Source: Alphaproteobacteria bacterium
GTDB lineage: Bacteria; Pseudomonadota; Alphaproteobacteria; MPNO01
Direction: 5' to 3'
Length of the DNA stretch: 64,000 bases
Assembly (NCBI GenBank): GCA_964291675.2
Contig: OZ219866.1
Span: 2,144,001-2,208,000, forward strand
The position numbers and the translations under genes are program-made. Positions 37,400 to 46,769 of the stretch are shown here, one piece after another (within the stretch, counting starts at the first letter, position 1; every line of letters begins with the position of its first letter). Under the pieces are notes generated by a model that had not been told where the DNA came from, did not search any database, and saw only the letters and a list, made by a program, of their open reading frames with translations.

Positions 37400-38755
37400 A
37401 TGGAAGGCAATCTCAACGCCATAACGACGGTATTCACCGAGTTCTACTACTGGGCGACCATCCCGCTGATGTTCTTCATCCATATCGGCTTCTGCATGTA
37501 CGAGGTCGGCGCCAGCCGGCGGCGCAACCACATGCACACGCTGATGAAGAACACGATGCTGATCCCGCTGGTGACGATCACGTTCTTCTTCTTCGGCTGG
37601 TGGCTCTACTGGGCCATGCCGAACGGACCATGGATTACCGGCGGTCTCGACCTCGAGGCCGCGGCGGCCAACACGGCCTGGTCGGAGACCATGGGCCCGC
37701 ATGCCGGCGACCGCATCACCGGGGTGTTCTGGGCGGCCTTCCTGCTGTTCTCCTGGACGGCGGCCTCGATCGTCTCGGGATCGGTGATCGAACGGATCAA
37801 TTCCGGCGCGTTCTGGATCCTGGCGGTGGTGATCGGATCGGTCGCCTGGATCATCGATGCCGCCTGGGGCTGGCACTATGGCGGCTGGATGGTGCAGGTG
37901 CTCGGCTATCACGACGCCTACGCATCGGGCGTGATCCACGCGATCGCCGGCGGCTTCGCGCTCGGCATCCTGTTCGTGCTGGGGCCCAGGCTGGGCAAGT
38001 TCGCCAAGGACGGCACGCCGCGGGATATCACGCCGCACAACCCGTGGATGGTGTGCCTCGGGCTGTTCTTCATCTATGCCGGGTTCTGGGGCTTCTACGT
38101 GGCCTGCAACGTGCCGCTCATCGATCCCCCGACCATCGACGGCCAGATCACGGGCGCGACCTGGACGGCGACGACGATCTACCTGACGCCGACCACGCTC
38201 GGCGCGATCACGGTGAACTTCCTGATGTCGCTGTCGGGCGGTCTCCTGGTCGGCTACCTGGTCTCCGGGGGCAACGGCTTCTGGACCTATTCCGGCGGCC
38301 TGGCGGGCATCATCACGGCGTCGGCGGGCAACGACCTCTACCACCCGATCCAGGCCATGATCATCGCCGGCTTCGGCACCTGGTGCGCCTACAAGCTGCA
38401 TCACTGGGTGGAGCGCAAGTACAGGATCGACGATGCGGTCGGCGCCGTGGCGGTGCACGGCTATGCGGGGTTTATCGGCCTGGTGATCTGCGGCTTCGTG
38501 CTGTGGGGCCATCCGAGCTCGCCCTATGAAGGCTACGCCACGATCAACCCGCTCGGCCAGTTCGTCGGCGCGATCATCATGTTCTTCGTGCTCGGTTTCC
38601 TGCCCGGCTGGATCGTCGCCAAGATCCTTGCCGCGGCCGGCATGCTGCGCATCCCCAAGCAGGTCGAGCTGCTGGGGCTGGACTTCCGGACCAACCGGGA
38701 AGAACAGGCGGCCGCGGCCGACGTGCGCGCCACCGAGAAGGAAGCAGCGGCCTGA
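37400..38755 (+). CDS. Amt family (methyl)ammonium transporter
   Basis: GFCMYEVG, SIVSGSVIER, SGVIH, LGPRLGK, IDDAVGAVAVHG. Confidence 0.9.
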   Translation: MEGNLNAITTVFTEFYYWATIPLMFFIHIGFCMYEVGASRRRNHMHTLMKNTMLIPLVTITFFFFGWWLYWAMPNGPWITGGLDLEAAAANTAWSETMGPHAGDRITGVFWAAFLLFSWTAASIVSGSVIERINSGAFWILAVVIGSVAWIIDAAWGWHYGGWMVQVLGYHDAYASGVIHAIAGGFALGILFVLGPRLGKFAKDGTPRDITPHNPWMVCLGLFFIYAGFWGFYVACNVPLIDPPTIDGQITGATWTATTIYLTPTTLGAITVNFLMSLSGGLLVGYLVSGGNGFWTYSGGLAGIITASAGNDLYHPIQAMIIAGFGTWCAYKLHHWVERKYRIDDAVGAVAVHGYAGFIGLVICGFVLWGHPSSPYEGYATINPLGQFVGAIIMFFVLGFLPGWIVAKILAAAGMLRIPKQVELLGLDFRTNREEQAAAADVRATEKEAAA

Positions 38756-38790
38756 CCGGCCCGCCGGAACCGAGACAAGGAGACTGAAGC

Positions 38791-39009
38791 ATGTCTACCA
38801 CAGGCATCGAGAGCTGGGCCGTCGATCTGAAGGATGTCGGCGCCCTCTACCCCTTCCAGGGCGCCGAAGGCCTCTTCGTGATCGTCGGCGTGGCGCTGTG
38901 GATCGGCTGGCACGTGCTGCAGATCCGGGCCGAGAGGCGCGAATACGAGCAGATCGTGCGCGACCACGGCGACAACGCCACGATCGCCGAGGCGCTCGAA
39001 GGCGAGTAG
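38791..39009 (+). CDS. small single-TM hypothetical protein
   Basis: AGGAG RBS, one hydrophobic helix, host-like codon usage. Confidence 0.75.
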   Translation: MSTTGIESWAVDLKDVGALYPFQGAEGLFVIVGVALWIGWHVLQIRAERREYEQIVRDHGDNATIAEALEGE

Positions 39010-39035
39010 TCGCGCCGCGCGGCTCCGCGACGTCG

Positions 39036-39068
39036 GGGGCCGGCAGGGGGTTCGTCCCTGCCGGCCCC
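39036..39068. terminator. 13-bp stem hairpin between convergent genes
   Basis: GGGGCCGGCAGGG / CCCTGCCGGCCCC. Confidence 0.65.
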
Positions 39069-39077
39069 TTGGCGCGA

Positions 39078-40421
39078 TCAGCTCCAGGGGAACGGGCTGT
39101 TGCTCAGCGGGTGCAGCTTGCCCTCGGCGTAGCGGCTGAAGCGGAAGGGTTCGAGCAGGGCCTGCTTCTCGCCCATCATCTCGTCGGCCACCAGGTGGCC
39201 CACGCCGATCATCTTGAAGCCGTGATTGCTGTCGGCGACGACGTGGACGTTCTCGCAGAACGTGTCGAAGACCGGGAAGCTGTCCGGGGTGAAGCAGCCC
39301 AGACCTCCCGAGGGCTCCTTCCTGAACTTGCCGATCTGGCCGGAGAAGCGTTCCTGGCAGAAGGCGAGCGCCGAGCACCACATATGGGCGAAATCGTCGC
39401 CGACGATGAATTCCGGCGATTCCGGGCCGTAGGGATCGATCGCCACCTCGTCCGCCGGCGTCTTGACCTCGTACGGCATGGCGCCGCCCTGGACGCCGCC
39501 GAAATGGAAGTCCGGCTTGTAGTAGATGCCCCACGGCTCCTCGGCGATCAGCGACCCGTCGACGTCGGAGTGGAGCGGTGCGTCGGTGTCGACGTGGATG
39601 ACCGGCGGCATGGAGCCGTCGTTCAGCCTTTGCAGATCCGGGTCGACCCCGATGACGCCCTCCTCGAGGCACCAGTAGCGCCAGGTCGGGATGCCGTCAT
39701 GCATCCTGCCGCCGGCACCCTTGATGGAAACCTCCCGGGGCAACTCCAGCATGTCCCAGATCGTCTTGACCCACGGCCCGACCGCGACCACCACCTGCTC
39801 GCATCTGATGGTTCCCCGGTCGGTCACGACGCCGGTGACCGCATCGGAATTGCTGCCGCGCTCGAAGCCGGTGACCTCGACGCCCGTCATGATGCGCACG
39901 CCGTGCGCCTCGGCCTTGCCGGCCAGGCCGTAGACCGCGGCGGTGTTGTTAGCGTAGCCGCCTCTCTTCTCGTGCAGGACGGAGGTGATGCCCGCCGCGC
40001 GCCAGTCCGACAGCAGGCCCTTCATATAGGCCGTGCAGTCCTTCTCGCCCTCGATGAAATCGGAGTCGTAGCCGATCTCCCTCTGCTGCTCGTAGATGCT
40101 CGCGACATTCTCGCGCATCGCCTCGTGGCTGATCTGCATGTAGCCGACCGGGTGATAGCTGAACCCCCTGGGATCGGTCTCCCAGACGTCGACGCTGTGC
40201 GCCATCAGCTCGCGCATCGCCGGCTGGAAATAGTTGTTGCGCACAACGCCGCAGGCGATGCCGCTGGCGCCGGCGGCAATCGCGGTCTTGTCGAGAACCA
40301 GGATGTCCGTCCCGTTGGCCCGGCCGGACGCCTTGAGCCGTTCGGCCAGCCGCCAGGCGGTCGACAGCCCGTGAACCCCCGCGCCGATCACGACATGGCG
40401 GGCATGGGTCGGGAAAGCCAT
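39078..40421 (-). CDS. DAO-family FAD oxidoreductase (SoxB/MgdA-related, stand-alone)
   Basis: IGAGVHGLS, GASGIACGVVRNNY, TPDSFP, SNHGFKM. Confidence 0.85.
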   Translation of the reverse strand: MAFPTHARHVVIGAGVHGLSTAWRLAERLKASGRANGTDILVLDKTAIAAGASGIACGVVRNNYFQPAMRELMAHSVDVWETDPRGFSYHPVGYMQISHEAMRENVASIYEQQREIGYDSDFIEGEKDCTAYMKGLLSDWRAAGITSVLHEKRGGYANNTAAVYGLAGKAEAHGVRIMTGVEVTGFERGSNSDAVTGVVTDRGTIRCEQVVVAVGPWVKTIWDMLELPREVSIKGAGGRMHDGIPTWRYWCLEEGVIGVDPDLQRLNDGSMPPVIHVDTDAPLHSDVDGSLIAEEPWGIYYKPDFHFGGVQGGAMPYEVKTPADEVAIDPYGPESPEFIVGDDFAHMWCSALAFCQERFSGQIGKFRKEPSGGLGCFTPDSFPVFDTFCENVHVVADSNHGFKMIGVGHLVADEMMGEKQALLEPFRFSRYAEGKLHPLSNSPFPWS

Positions 40422-40559
40422 GGCGATACCCCTTCGGCAATGATGACTGTTGCGAGTGCGGGCGCATCCTGCGCTTTCCGAAACGAAGGAAAAACCATGT
40501 AGCGGACAGAAAACGTCACTATTCTGACGATCGCCGCCCATAATTCGGGAAACGCAACC

Positions 40560-41525
40560 ATGGCGAAGGCGGAGCCGGTCGAGGTCGACTTCTTCCTGGT
40601 GCCGGGCTTTTCGCTGCTCGCGCTCTCCTGCGCGGTCGATGCGCTGCGCGCGGCCAACCTGGTGCTCGACCGCCCGGCCTATCGGTGGCGGCTGTCGGCC
40701 GATGCCGAGGGTGCCGAGGCGGGCGTGGCCTCGTCCAGCCATATCCGCCTCGCCGCGGCGCCGCTTTCCGGCCCGCCCGGTGGCGCCGGCGATCTGATCG
40801 CGGTGGTCGGCGGCGAGCGGTCGCACGATTACGATTCGCCGCCGCTGGCCGCCGCGCTCGGCCGCGCGGCCGGGCGCGGCGCCCGGATCGGCTCGATCTC
40901 CGACGGCGCGTTCCCTGTCGCCGCCGCCGGGCTGTTCGACGGCTACCGCTCGACCATCCACTGGAAATGCCTGGATGCCTATCGCGAGCGCTTCCCCGGT
41001 CTCGACATCCGCACCTCGATATTCGAGATCGACCGCAACCGGTTCAGCTGCGCCGGCGGGACCACCAGCCTCGACCTGATGCTCACATTCGTCATGGAGG
41101 CGCATGGCGCGGAGACCGCCGCCCTGGTGGCCGAGAACTACGTGCACGACCGGATTCGCGAATCGGCGCAGGAGCAGCAGGTTACCGCCGCCATCCGCAT
41201 GGCCGGCCGCAAGCGGCACCTGGCGGAGGCGATCCTGATCATGGAGCGGCACCTGGAAGACCCGCTCCCGGTCGGGCATATCGCCGATTCCGTCGGGCTG
41301 TCGGTCCGCCAGCTCGCCCGGCTGTTCCGCGACCATCTACGGCGCCCGCCGGGCAGGTTCTATCTCGACCTCAGGATCGACCGCGCCGCCAGCCTGCTGC
41401 GCCAGACCGGGCTCAGCGTCTCCGAGATCGCCGTCGGCTGCGGCTTCCAGTCCGCCTCCCATCTCGGCCGCCACCTCAAACGCCGCCACGGCACCACGCC
41501 CGGCCAGTGGCGCCGCGGGCCTTAG
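40560..41525 (+). CDS. GlxA family AraC regulator
   Basis: DALRAAN, TIHW, SCAGGTTSLD, EIAVGCGF. Confidence 0.9.
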   Translation: MAKAEPVEVDFFLVPGFSLLALSCAVDALRAANLVLDRPAYRWRLSADAEGAEAGVASSSHIRLAAAPLSGPPGGAGDLIAVVGGERSHDYDSPPLAAALGRAAGRGARIGSISDGAFPVAAAGLFDGYRSTIHWKCLDAYRERFPGLDIRTSIFEIDRNRFSCAGGTTSLDLMLTFVMEAHGAETAALVAENYVHDRIRESAQEQQVTAAIRMAGRKRHLAEAILIMERHLEDPLPVGHIADSVGLSVRQLARLFRDHLRRPPGRFYLDLRIDRAASLLRQTGLSVSEIAVGCGFQSASHLGRHLKRRHGTTPGQWRRGP

Positions 41526-41567
41526 GGCGTCTCGGTCTCCGCCGGACTCTTGCGGGCGTTCCTCGAT

Positions 41568-41601
41568 GTCATGCTTGGCGTGGGCCGACCATCCACGAGT
41601 T
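41568..41601. repeat. degenerate REP-like palindrome (GTCATG..CATCCACGAGTT)
   Basis: Same GTCATG/CATCCAC family as 24942 and 62871. Confidence 0.45.
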
Positions 41602-41678
41602 CATTCGGCGATCCGAACGGCGCAATAAGAGAAGGGGGCTATAGGCGACAGTATTCCGCTCATCCAGAAACCTGTAAC

Positions 41679-41999
41679 CTAACCGCCACAAAACACTTCG
41701 GACTCGAGCGGCGGAAGTTTCAGGTACTTCCGTTTGCTGTTAACCAAGAGCTCGACTTCCGAACACCACTCCAGGTGTCGAAGTCGGTATTCGGCCGCAA
41801 GTCTAGCCGACTCCTCCTTGGCGGCAATCGCAGCCTCCGCGCGTCGGTCCAGAGAATAGTCGCTCCCAAGGTAGAACGACACGCTGAACAGGATCACGAG
41901 TATCGATACGGCCTTGAGGCTTACGTTCTCGCGGTCCTTCGCAGCCCAAATGACTGCGACACTGAACGACGGGATGACCGCCGGGATAACGGCGCCCAA
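41679..41999 (-). CDS. hypothetical membrane protein in a lower-GC patch, start uncertain
   Basis: Hydrophobic segments; the frame stays open to about 42134 without an ATG. Confidence 0.4.
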   Translation of the reverse strand: MGAVIPAVIPSFSVAVIWAAKDRENVSLKAVSILVILFSVSFYLGSDYSLDRRAEAAIAAKEESARLAAEYRLRHLEWCSEVELLVNSKRKYLKLPPLESEVFCGG

Positions 42000-42097
42000 T
42001 ACCTCCGGATCAGGCCCGCTCTCGCCCGTGAGCGATCCAGAGAGAATGCCAACGGCTATGACGGCCGCGGCCGCAAACGGATAGGCCGCAGGAAGCT

Positions 42098-42433
42098 CTA
42101 GTTCCGTGTCAATTTGGCCGACACCCCGATTATCCTAAGCTGTTCCACCGGAGCCGCGGTCCAGATCCTCGCGCCCTTTGCGCTCTTGGCCGTAAAGAGG
42201 CCCTCCGTTCTCAGCATGGGACGAGGGACGGCCTCTCCATTGCAGGACTTCCAGTCTCCACCCTCCTTGCTGATACATTGCTCGAATTCTCCGATCGAAG
42301 TCGGAGTCGACGACTCCGGTTCGTCGGCCGGAGCGGCCCAGGGAAGGAGCAGAGCCAAGAACCCTGGGAGAATTCCCCTCAACATAGCGGAACTCCGAAG
42401 AAGATCGCGTATATGGCGTGTTTCGCGGGGCAA
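42098..42433 (-). CDS. hypothetical protein with a signal-like segment
   Basis: MLRGILPGFLALLLPWAAPA; lower GC than neighbours. Confidence 0.35.
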   Translation of the reverse strand: MPRETRHIRDLLRSSAMLRGILPGFLALLLPWAAPADEPESSTPTSIGEFEQCISKEGGDWKSCNGEAVPRPMLRTEGLFTAKSAKGARIWTAAPVEQLRIIGVSAKLTRN

Positions 42434-42548
42434 ATCAAGCGATCGCTCCCGAGTCGCGCCCCCCGCGGGTGAGCGTCTTGACTTTCCCCGTCTTCGGAGC
42501 TAGGTCGCCGGCTTGTCAATGGTGCGGGGCGGTACCGAGAATGTGCGC

Positions 42549-43103
42549 ATGACCCCGGAAGCCCTGCGCGAACGGTTTCTCATCTGGCAATGCCGGATCC
42601 GCCAGATCGCCATGCGCGAGGACGGCGGGCGGCCCTCCGAAGGCATGCGGCCGAAAATCCGCTCGTCCGGCGGCGAGATCCTGTCGGACGGCGTGATCGT
42701 ATTGCTGGTGCGCAGCGACCCGGCAGAGAGCACGGATTTCTTCGAATTCCAGGTCCGCAAGAACCACGACCCGAACGAGGTCTACCAGAAGGGGCTGGAA
42801 TTTCTGCAGGCCACCCACTATCACCGCGCCAACCGGTTCTCCGACGAGGTGACGGCGCTGTTCCTGGCGGAATCCCGGCTCGCCGCGGCGCTGGCCGGGC
42901 TGGACGTTTGCCGGCTCGACTTTCATCAGTTCGGGCAGTCCTGGCGCCTGCCCTGCGCGGTGCGCGAGCTGGAGGCCGACGAGCCGGCCCATCGGCACAC
43001 GCTGTGGCACAATCGGCTGTTCAACACCCAGCTCTCGGACGACGTCAGGGTCCTGGGATTCCGGCCGGACTGGACGGCGGCGCTCCTGCTCGCGGCCGAC
43101 TGA
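42549..43103 (+). CDS. hypothetical protein
   Basis: Host-like codon usage; FLIWQCRIRQ, GRPSEGMRP, WHNRLFN; start could be 42519. Confidence 0.75.
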   Translation: MTPEALRERFLIWQCRIRQIAMREDGGRPSEGMRPKIRSSGGEILSDGVIVLLVRSDPAESTDFFEFQVRKNHDPNEVYQKGLEFLQATHYHRANRFSDEVTALFLAESRLAAALAGLDVCRLDFHQFGQSWRLPCAVRELEADEPAHRHTLWHNRLFNTQLSDDVRVLGFRPDWTAALLLAAD

Positions 43104-43144
43104 CTGCCTTCCCCCGAAACCGGCTTGCGGCCCGGGAGGGGACG

Positions 43145-43555
43145 TCAGAACTTCCGATAGGCCTTGTACAGCTCCACCATCGGGTGATCGGGCGACATCT
43201 GGAACTTGATCAGCATCTCCCGGGCGATCATGTCGCGGTCCTGCTGGTTGTCCGGCAGCTCCATGTCCTCGGGGATCGCGACCCAGCCGTTGATGTTGCG
43301 GTCGAACACCGCGGGCTGGCCGTCGTCGTAGCCCATATGGACGTCTTCCAGCCAGTTGAGGTCCTCCCAGCCCATGAATTCCAAATAGTCCTTCAGGAAC
43401 GGGGTCAGCCTGTCGTAGTCGGGCAGAAGATTGACGTCGTAGCGGTAGCCGATGTGCTGCCCGATGTCCTGCTCGCGCTCGGAGTCGATTCCGCCGCCCT
43501 TGAGGAAGTGGTCGACATCCTCGATTGCGGCGCCCTTGTATCCGGATCCGGCCAT
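43145..43555 (-). CDS. acidic hypothetical protein at the end of the mgs operon
   Basis: 13 nt after the mgsC stop, GGAAGG RBS, strong GC3 bias. Confidence 0.8.
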   Translation of the reverse strand: MAGSGYKGAAIEDVDHFLKGGGIDSEREQDIGQHIGYRYDVNLLPDYDRLTPFLKDYLEFMGWEDLNWLEDVHMGYDDGQPAVFDRNINGWVAIPEDMELPDNQQDRDMIAREMLIKFQMSPDHPMVELYKAYRKF

Positions 43556-43568
43556 TCTGCCCTTCCGT

Positions 43569-44945
43569 TCAGATGTGGTGATAGTCCTCGACGCCGACCG
43601 TGTAGTCGGTGCCGGCGAGCGGGACCTGCGCGATGGCGGACGCCTCCATGGTCAGCGCGGCGAGGTCCTCCGGCTCCAGCGAGTGGATGTCGGTCTTGCC
43701 GCAGGCGCGGGCCATCATCTGCGCCTCCATGGTGAGCGTGTGCAGGAAGTTGTAGACCCGCTCGGCCGCCTCGTCGGGGTTGAGCCGCTTGCGCAGCTCC
43801 GGGTCCTGCGTGGCGACGCCGACCGGGCAGCGGCCGGTATGGCAGTGATAGCAGGCACCCGCGGGAACCCCCATCTCCGACGGGAAGTCGGCTTCCGGGA
43901 TGTCCTTGTTGCAGTTGAGCGCCATCATCGCCGAATGGCCGATGGCGATCGCGTCCGCGCCGAGCGCCAGCGCCTTGGCGACGTCGCCGCCGTTGCGGAT
44001 GCCCCCGGCATAGACCAGCGAGATCTCGCCCCGCTTGCCGAGGTCGTCGATGGCGCGCCTTGCCTGCCGGATCGCCGCCATGCCCGGCACGCCGGTCTCC
44101 TCGGTGGCCAGATGCGGGCCGGCGCCGGTGCCGCCCTCCATGCCGTCGATGTAGATCGAATCCGGATCGCATTTCACCGCCATGCGGACGTCGTCATAGA
44201 CCCGCGCGGCGCCGAGCTTGAGCTGGACCGGGATCTGCCAGTCGGTCGCCTCGCGGATCTCCAGGATCTTGAGAGCCAGATCGTCGGGCCCCAGCCAGTC
44301 GGGGTGGCGCGCCGGCGAGCGCTGGTCGATACCGGCCGGCAGCGAGCGCATCTCGGCGACCTGGTCGGTCACCTTCTGGCCCATCAGATGGCCGCCCAGC
44401 CCGACCTTGCAGCCCTGGCCGATGAAGAACTCGCAGCCGTCCGCCAGCAGCAAGTGGTGCGGGTTGAAGCCGTAGCGCGACTGGATGCACTGGTAGAACC
44501 ACTTGGACGAGTAGCGCCGTTCGTCGGGGATCATGCCGCCTTCGCCGGAACAGGTCGCGGTGCCGGCCATGGTGGCGCCGCGGGCGAGCGCCGTCTTGGC
44601 CTCGAACGAGAGCGCGCCGAAGCTCATGCCGGTGATGTAGATCGGGATATCGAGCACCACCGGGCGCTTGGCGCGCGGCCCGATCACCGTCCTGGTCTCG
44701 CATTTCTCGCGATAGCCCTCGATCACGAACCGGGTCAGCGTGCCGGGCAGGAAGGTGAGGTCGTCCCAGTGCGGAATCTTCTTGAACAGCGAGAAGCCGC
44801 GCATCCGGTAGCGGCCGAGCTCCGACTTCACGTGGATGTCGTTGATGACCTCCGGGGTGAAGATCTGGCTCCGGCCGAGGATGTATTTTTCCTCGATTTC
44901 CTGCTTGGCGTGGCGGTTGCCGCCCGGGATCGCATCGTCCGGCAT
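43569..44945 (-). CDS. mgsC: N-methylglutamate synthase subunit C (FMN-binding GltB2-like)
   Basis: GMSFGALS, SGEGG, DGMEGGTGA, GGIRNG, CHTGRCPVGVATQDP. Confidence 0.85.
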   Translation of the reverse strand: MPDDAIPGGNRHAKQEIEEKYILGRSQIFTPEVINDIHVKSELGRYRMRGFSLFKKIPHWDDLTFLPGTLTRFVIEGYREKCETRTVIGPRAKRPVVLDIPIYITGMSFGALSFEAKTALARGATMAGTATCSGEGGMIPDERRYSSKWFYQCIQSRYGFNPHHLLLADGCEFFIGQGCKVGLGGHLMGQKVTDQVAEMRSLPAGIDQRSPARHPDWLGPDDLALKILEIREATDWQIPVQLKLGAARVYDDVRMAVKCDPDSIYIDGMEGGTGAGPHLATEETGVPGMAAIRQARRAIDDLGKRGEISLVYAGGIRNGGDVAKALALGADAIAIGHSAMMALNCNKDIPEADFPSEMGVPAGACYHCHTGRCPVGVATQDPELRKRLNPDEAAERVYNFLHTLTMEAQMMARACGKTDIHSLEPEDLAALTMEASAIAQVPLAGTDYTVGVEDYHHI

Positions 44946-44977
44946 GTCGGTCTGTTCCTGCGCTGCGACGGCGCTGG

Positions 44978-45820
44978 CTAAAGCACCAGCTTCTTCTCCG
45001 TCGGTTCGAGATTGTCGTAGCTCCACAGCTGCTTGCCGGCGACGATCTTGGTGAAGTGGTCGACACCCTGCGGCGGCAGCAATTCGTACATCTTGAGCTT
45101 GCGGGCGAGCCAGGCCCGGTCGAGATCCGTCAGCGCCGCCGGCACCGCATCGACGCCGAGGTCCTGGATCTCGCCGCCGACATAGATCGTGCCGTCATAC
45201 ATCGAGTCGCCGAGATTCTTGCCCGCGTTGCCGCAGACGACGATGCGGCCGCGCTGCATCATGAAGCCGGAGAATGCGCCGGTGTCGCCGCCGACGATGA
45301 TGGTGCCGCCCTTCTGGTCGATGCCGGTGCGCGAGCCCACCGAGCCCTTGCACACCAGGTCGCCGCCGCGCAGCGCGGCGCCGAAGGTGGAGCCGGCATT
45401 CTTCTCGATCACGCAGATTCCGGCCATCATGTTCTCGCCGAACGACCAGCCGACCCGGCCGGAAATCCGCACCACCGGCCCGTCCAGCAGGCCGCAGCCG
45501 AAATACCCCAGGCTGCCTTCGACGATGATGTTCATCCGGTTGAGGATGCCCACGATCAGCGAATGCTTGGCGCCCGGGTTGCGGAGCACGATGGAGCCGT
45601 GGCCCGACTCCATGAGCTCGCGTATCTTCCGGTTGATCTCCGTCGGCTCCAGCGCGGCGCAGTCGATCTCGGCGCGCCGGTTGAAATCGACATCGAGCGC
45701 GAAGTGGTAGGCAAAGCCGCCTTCGTTCTCCAGCCTGAACTTGGTCTTGATGTCCCGGCCCGTCAGGGGCTCGGTATGCATCCCCATCTCGGTGGAGACC
45801 GACCGGTCTACGCCTGCCAT
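44978..45820 (-). CDS. mgsB: N-methylglutamate synthase subunit B (GXGXG GltB3-like)
   Basis: NPGAKHS, repeated GXGXG, LGDSMYDG, KQLWSYD. Confidence 0.85.
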   Translation of the reverse strand: MAGVDRSVSTEMGMHTEPLTGRDIKTKFRLENEGGFAYHFALDVDFNRRAEIDCAALEPTEINRKIRELMESGHGSIVLRNPGAKHSLIVGILNRMNIIVEGSLGYFGCGLLDGPVVRISGRVGWSFGENMMAGICVIEKNAGSTFGAALRGGDLVCKGSVGSRTGIDQKGGTIIVGGDTGAFSGFMMQRGRIVVCGNAGKNLGDSMYDGTIYVGGEIQDLGVDAVPAALTDLDRAWLARKLKMYELLPPQGVDHFTKIVAGKQLWSYDNLEPTEKKLVL

Positions 45821-46743
45821 ACCCGGACCTCCTCGTCATAGGGGTCGGTGGTGTCGATCTCGTGCGGGATGATCGCCCGGATCGCGACCTCCTCGGAAGC
45901 CAGCGCCACGATGTCGTCCGCTTCGTAGAGCACCATCGGCTTGGCGGCCATCGTGTCCTTCGCCATGCCGAGCTCGTTCCGGGTCGTGATCAGATAGGTG
46001 AACACCCCGTCGATCTCCTCGATCGAGGTGCGGAGCGAGTCCTCCAGGGTCATCCCCTTTTCGAGATTGACCGCCGTGTAGACCGCCAGCAGCTCCGAAT
46101 CGCAGTTGCTGACGAAGCGCTGCCCGTCGCGCTCCAACTGCCGGCGCATCAGCCAGTAGTTGGTGACCTGGCCGTTGTGAACGACCGCGATGTCGTTATA
46201 GGGATAGGCCCAGTAGGGATGGGCGGAGCGGATGTCGACATCCGATTCGGTCGCCATCCTGGTATGCCCGATGCCGTGGGTCCCGCGGAAGTCGCCGAGG
46301 TCGTAGTCGCCCGAAACGTCGGCCGCGTCGCCCAGATCCTTGATCAGCTCCAGGGCGTTGCCGATCGACAGGATCTCGGTGCCCTCGATCTCCTCGATCT
46401 GGTCGGCCAAGACCTTCATGTCGCCGTCATGGGCGATCCGGTAGCGGTTCGCGTACTCGGTCGGCCCGTCGCGGTCGAGCACGGCGACGCCGAGCTCCTC
46501 CAGCAGGGTATCGACCGCCGCCTTGCGCTCGGCGATCGCCCGGTGGATCCTGGTCCCGCCGCCCAGATCCTCCTTCTCGGCGACCTTGAAGCGCAGGATG
46601 TACTGGTTCGGCCCGGGCTCGCCGTAGATGGCGAATCCGGTGGAATCCGGGCCGCGATGCTTCAGCGCCTGCAACATGGCGGTCATCTCGCCGCCGATGT
46701 TGCGGGAGCCGTCGCGGTAGATCAGTCCGGCAATGCCGCACAT
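45808..46743 (-). CDS. mgsA: N-methylglutamate synthase subunit A (Ntn amidotransferase)
   Basis: MCGIAG, HRGPDSTG, GHTRMATES, HNGQVTNY, DGVFT. Confidence 0.85.
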   Translation of the reverse strand: MCGIAGLIYRDGSRNIGGEMTAMLQALKHRGPDSTGFAIYGEPGPNQYILRFKVAEKEDLGGGTRIHRAIAERKAAVDTLLEELGVAVLDRDGPTEYANRYRIAHDGDMKVLADQIEEIEGTEILSIGNALELIKDLGDAADVSGDYDLGDFRGTHGIGHTRMATESDVDIRSAHPYWAYPYNDIAVVHNGQVTNYWLMRRQLERDGQRFVSNCDSELLAVYTAVNLEKGMTLEDSLRTSIEEIDGVFTYLITTRNELGMAKDTMAAKPMVLYEADDIVALASEEVAIRAIIPHEIDTTDPYDEEVRVWQA

Positions 46744-46769
46744 GGGCTGTTTCTCCCGTCGAACGCCGG

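Noticed and set aside
36545-38755. Apparent N-terminally extended Amt (736 aa)
   Set aside because: The extension overlaps the GlxA gene in another frame; Amt starts at 37400 after a GGGGAG RBS
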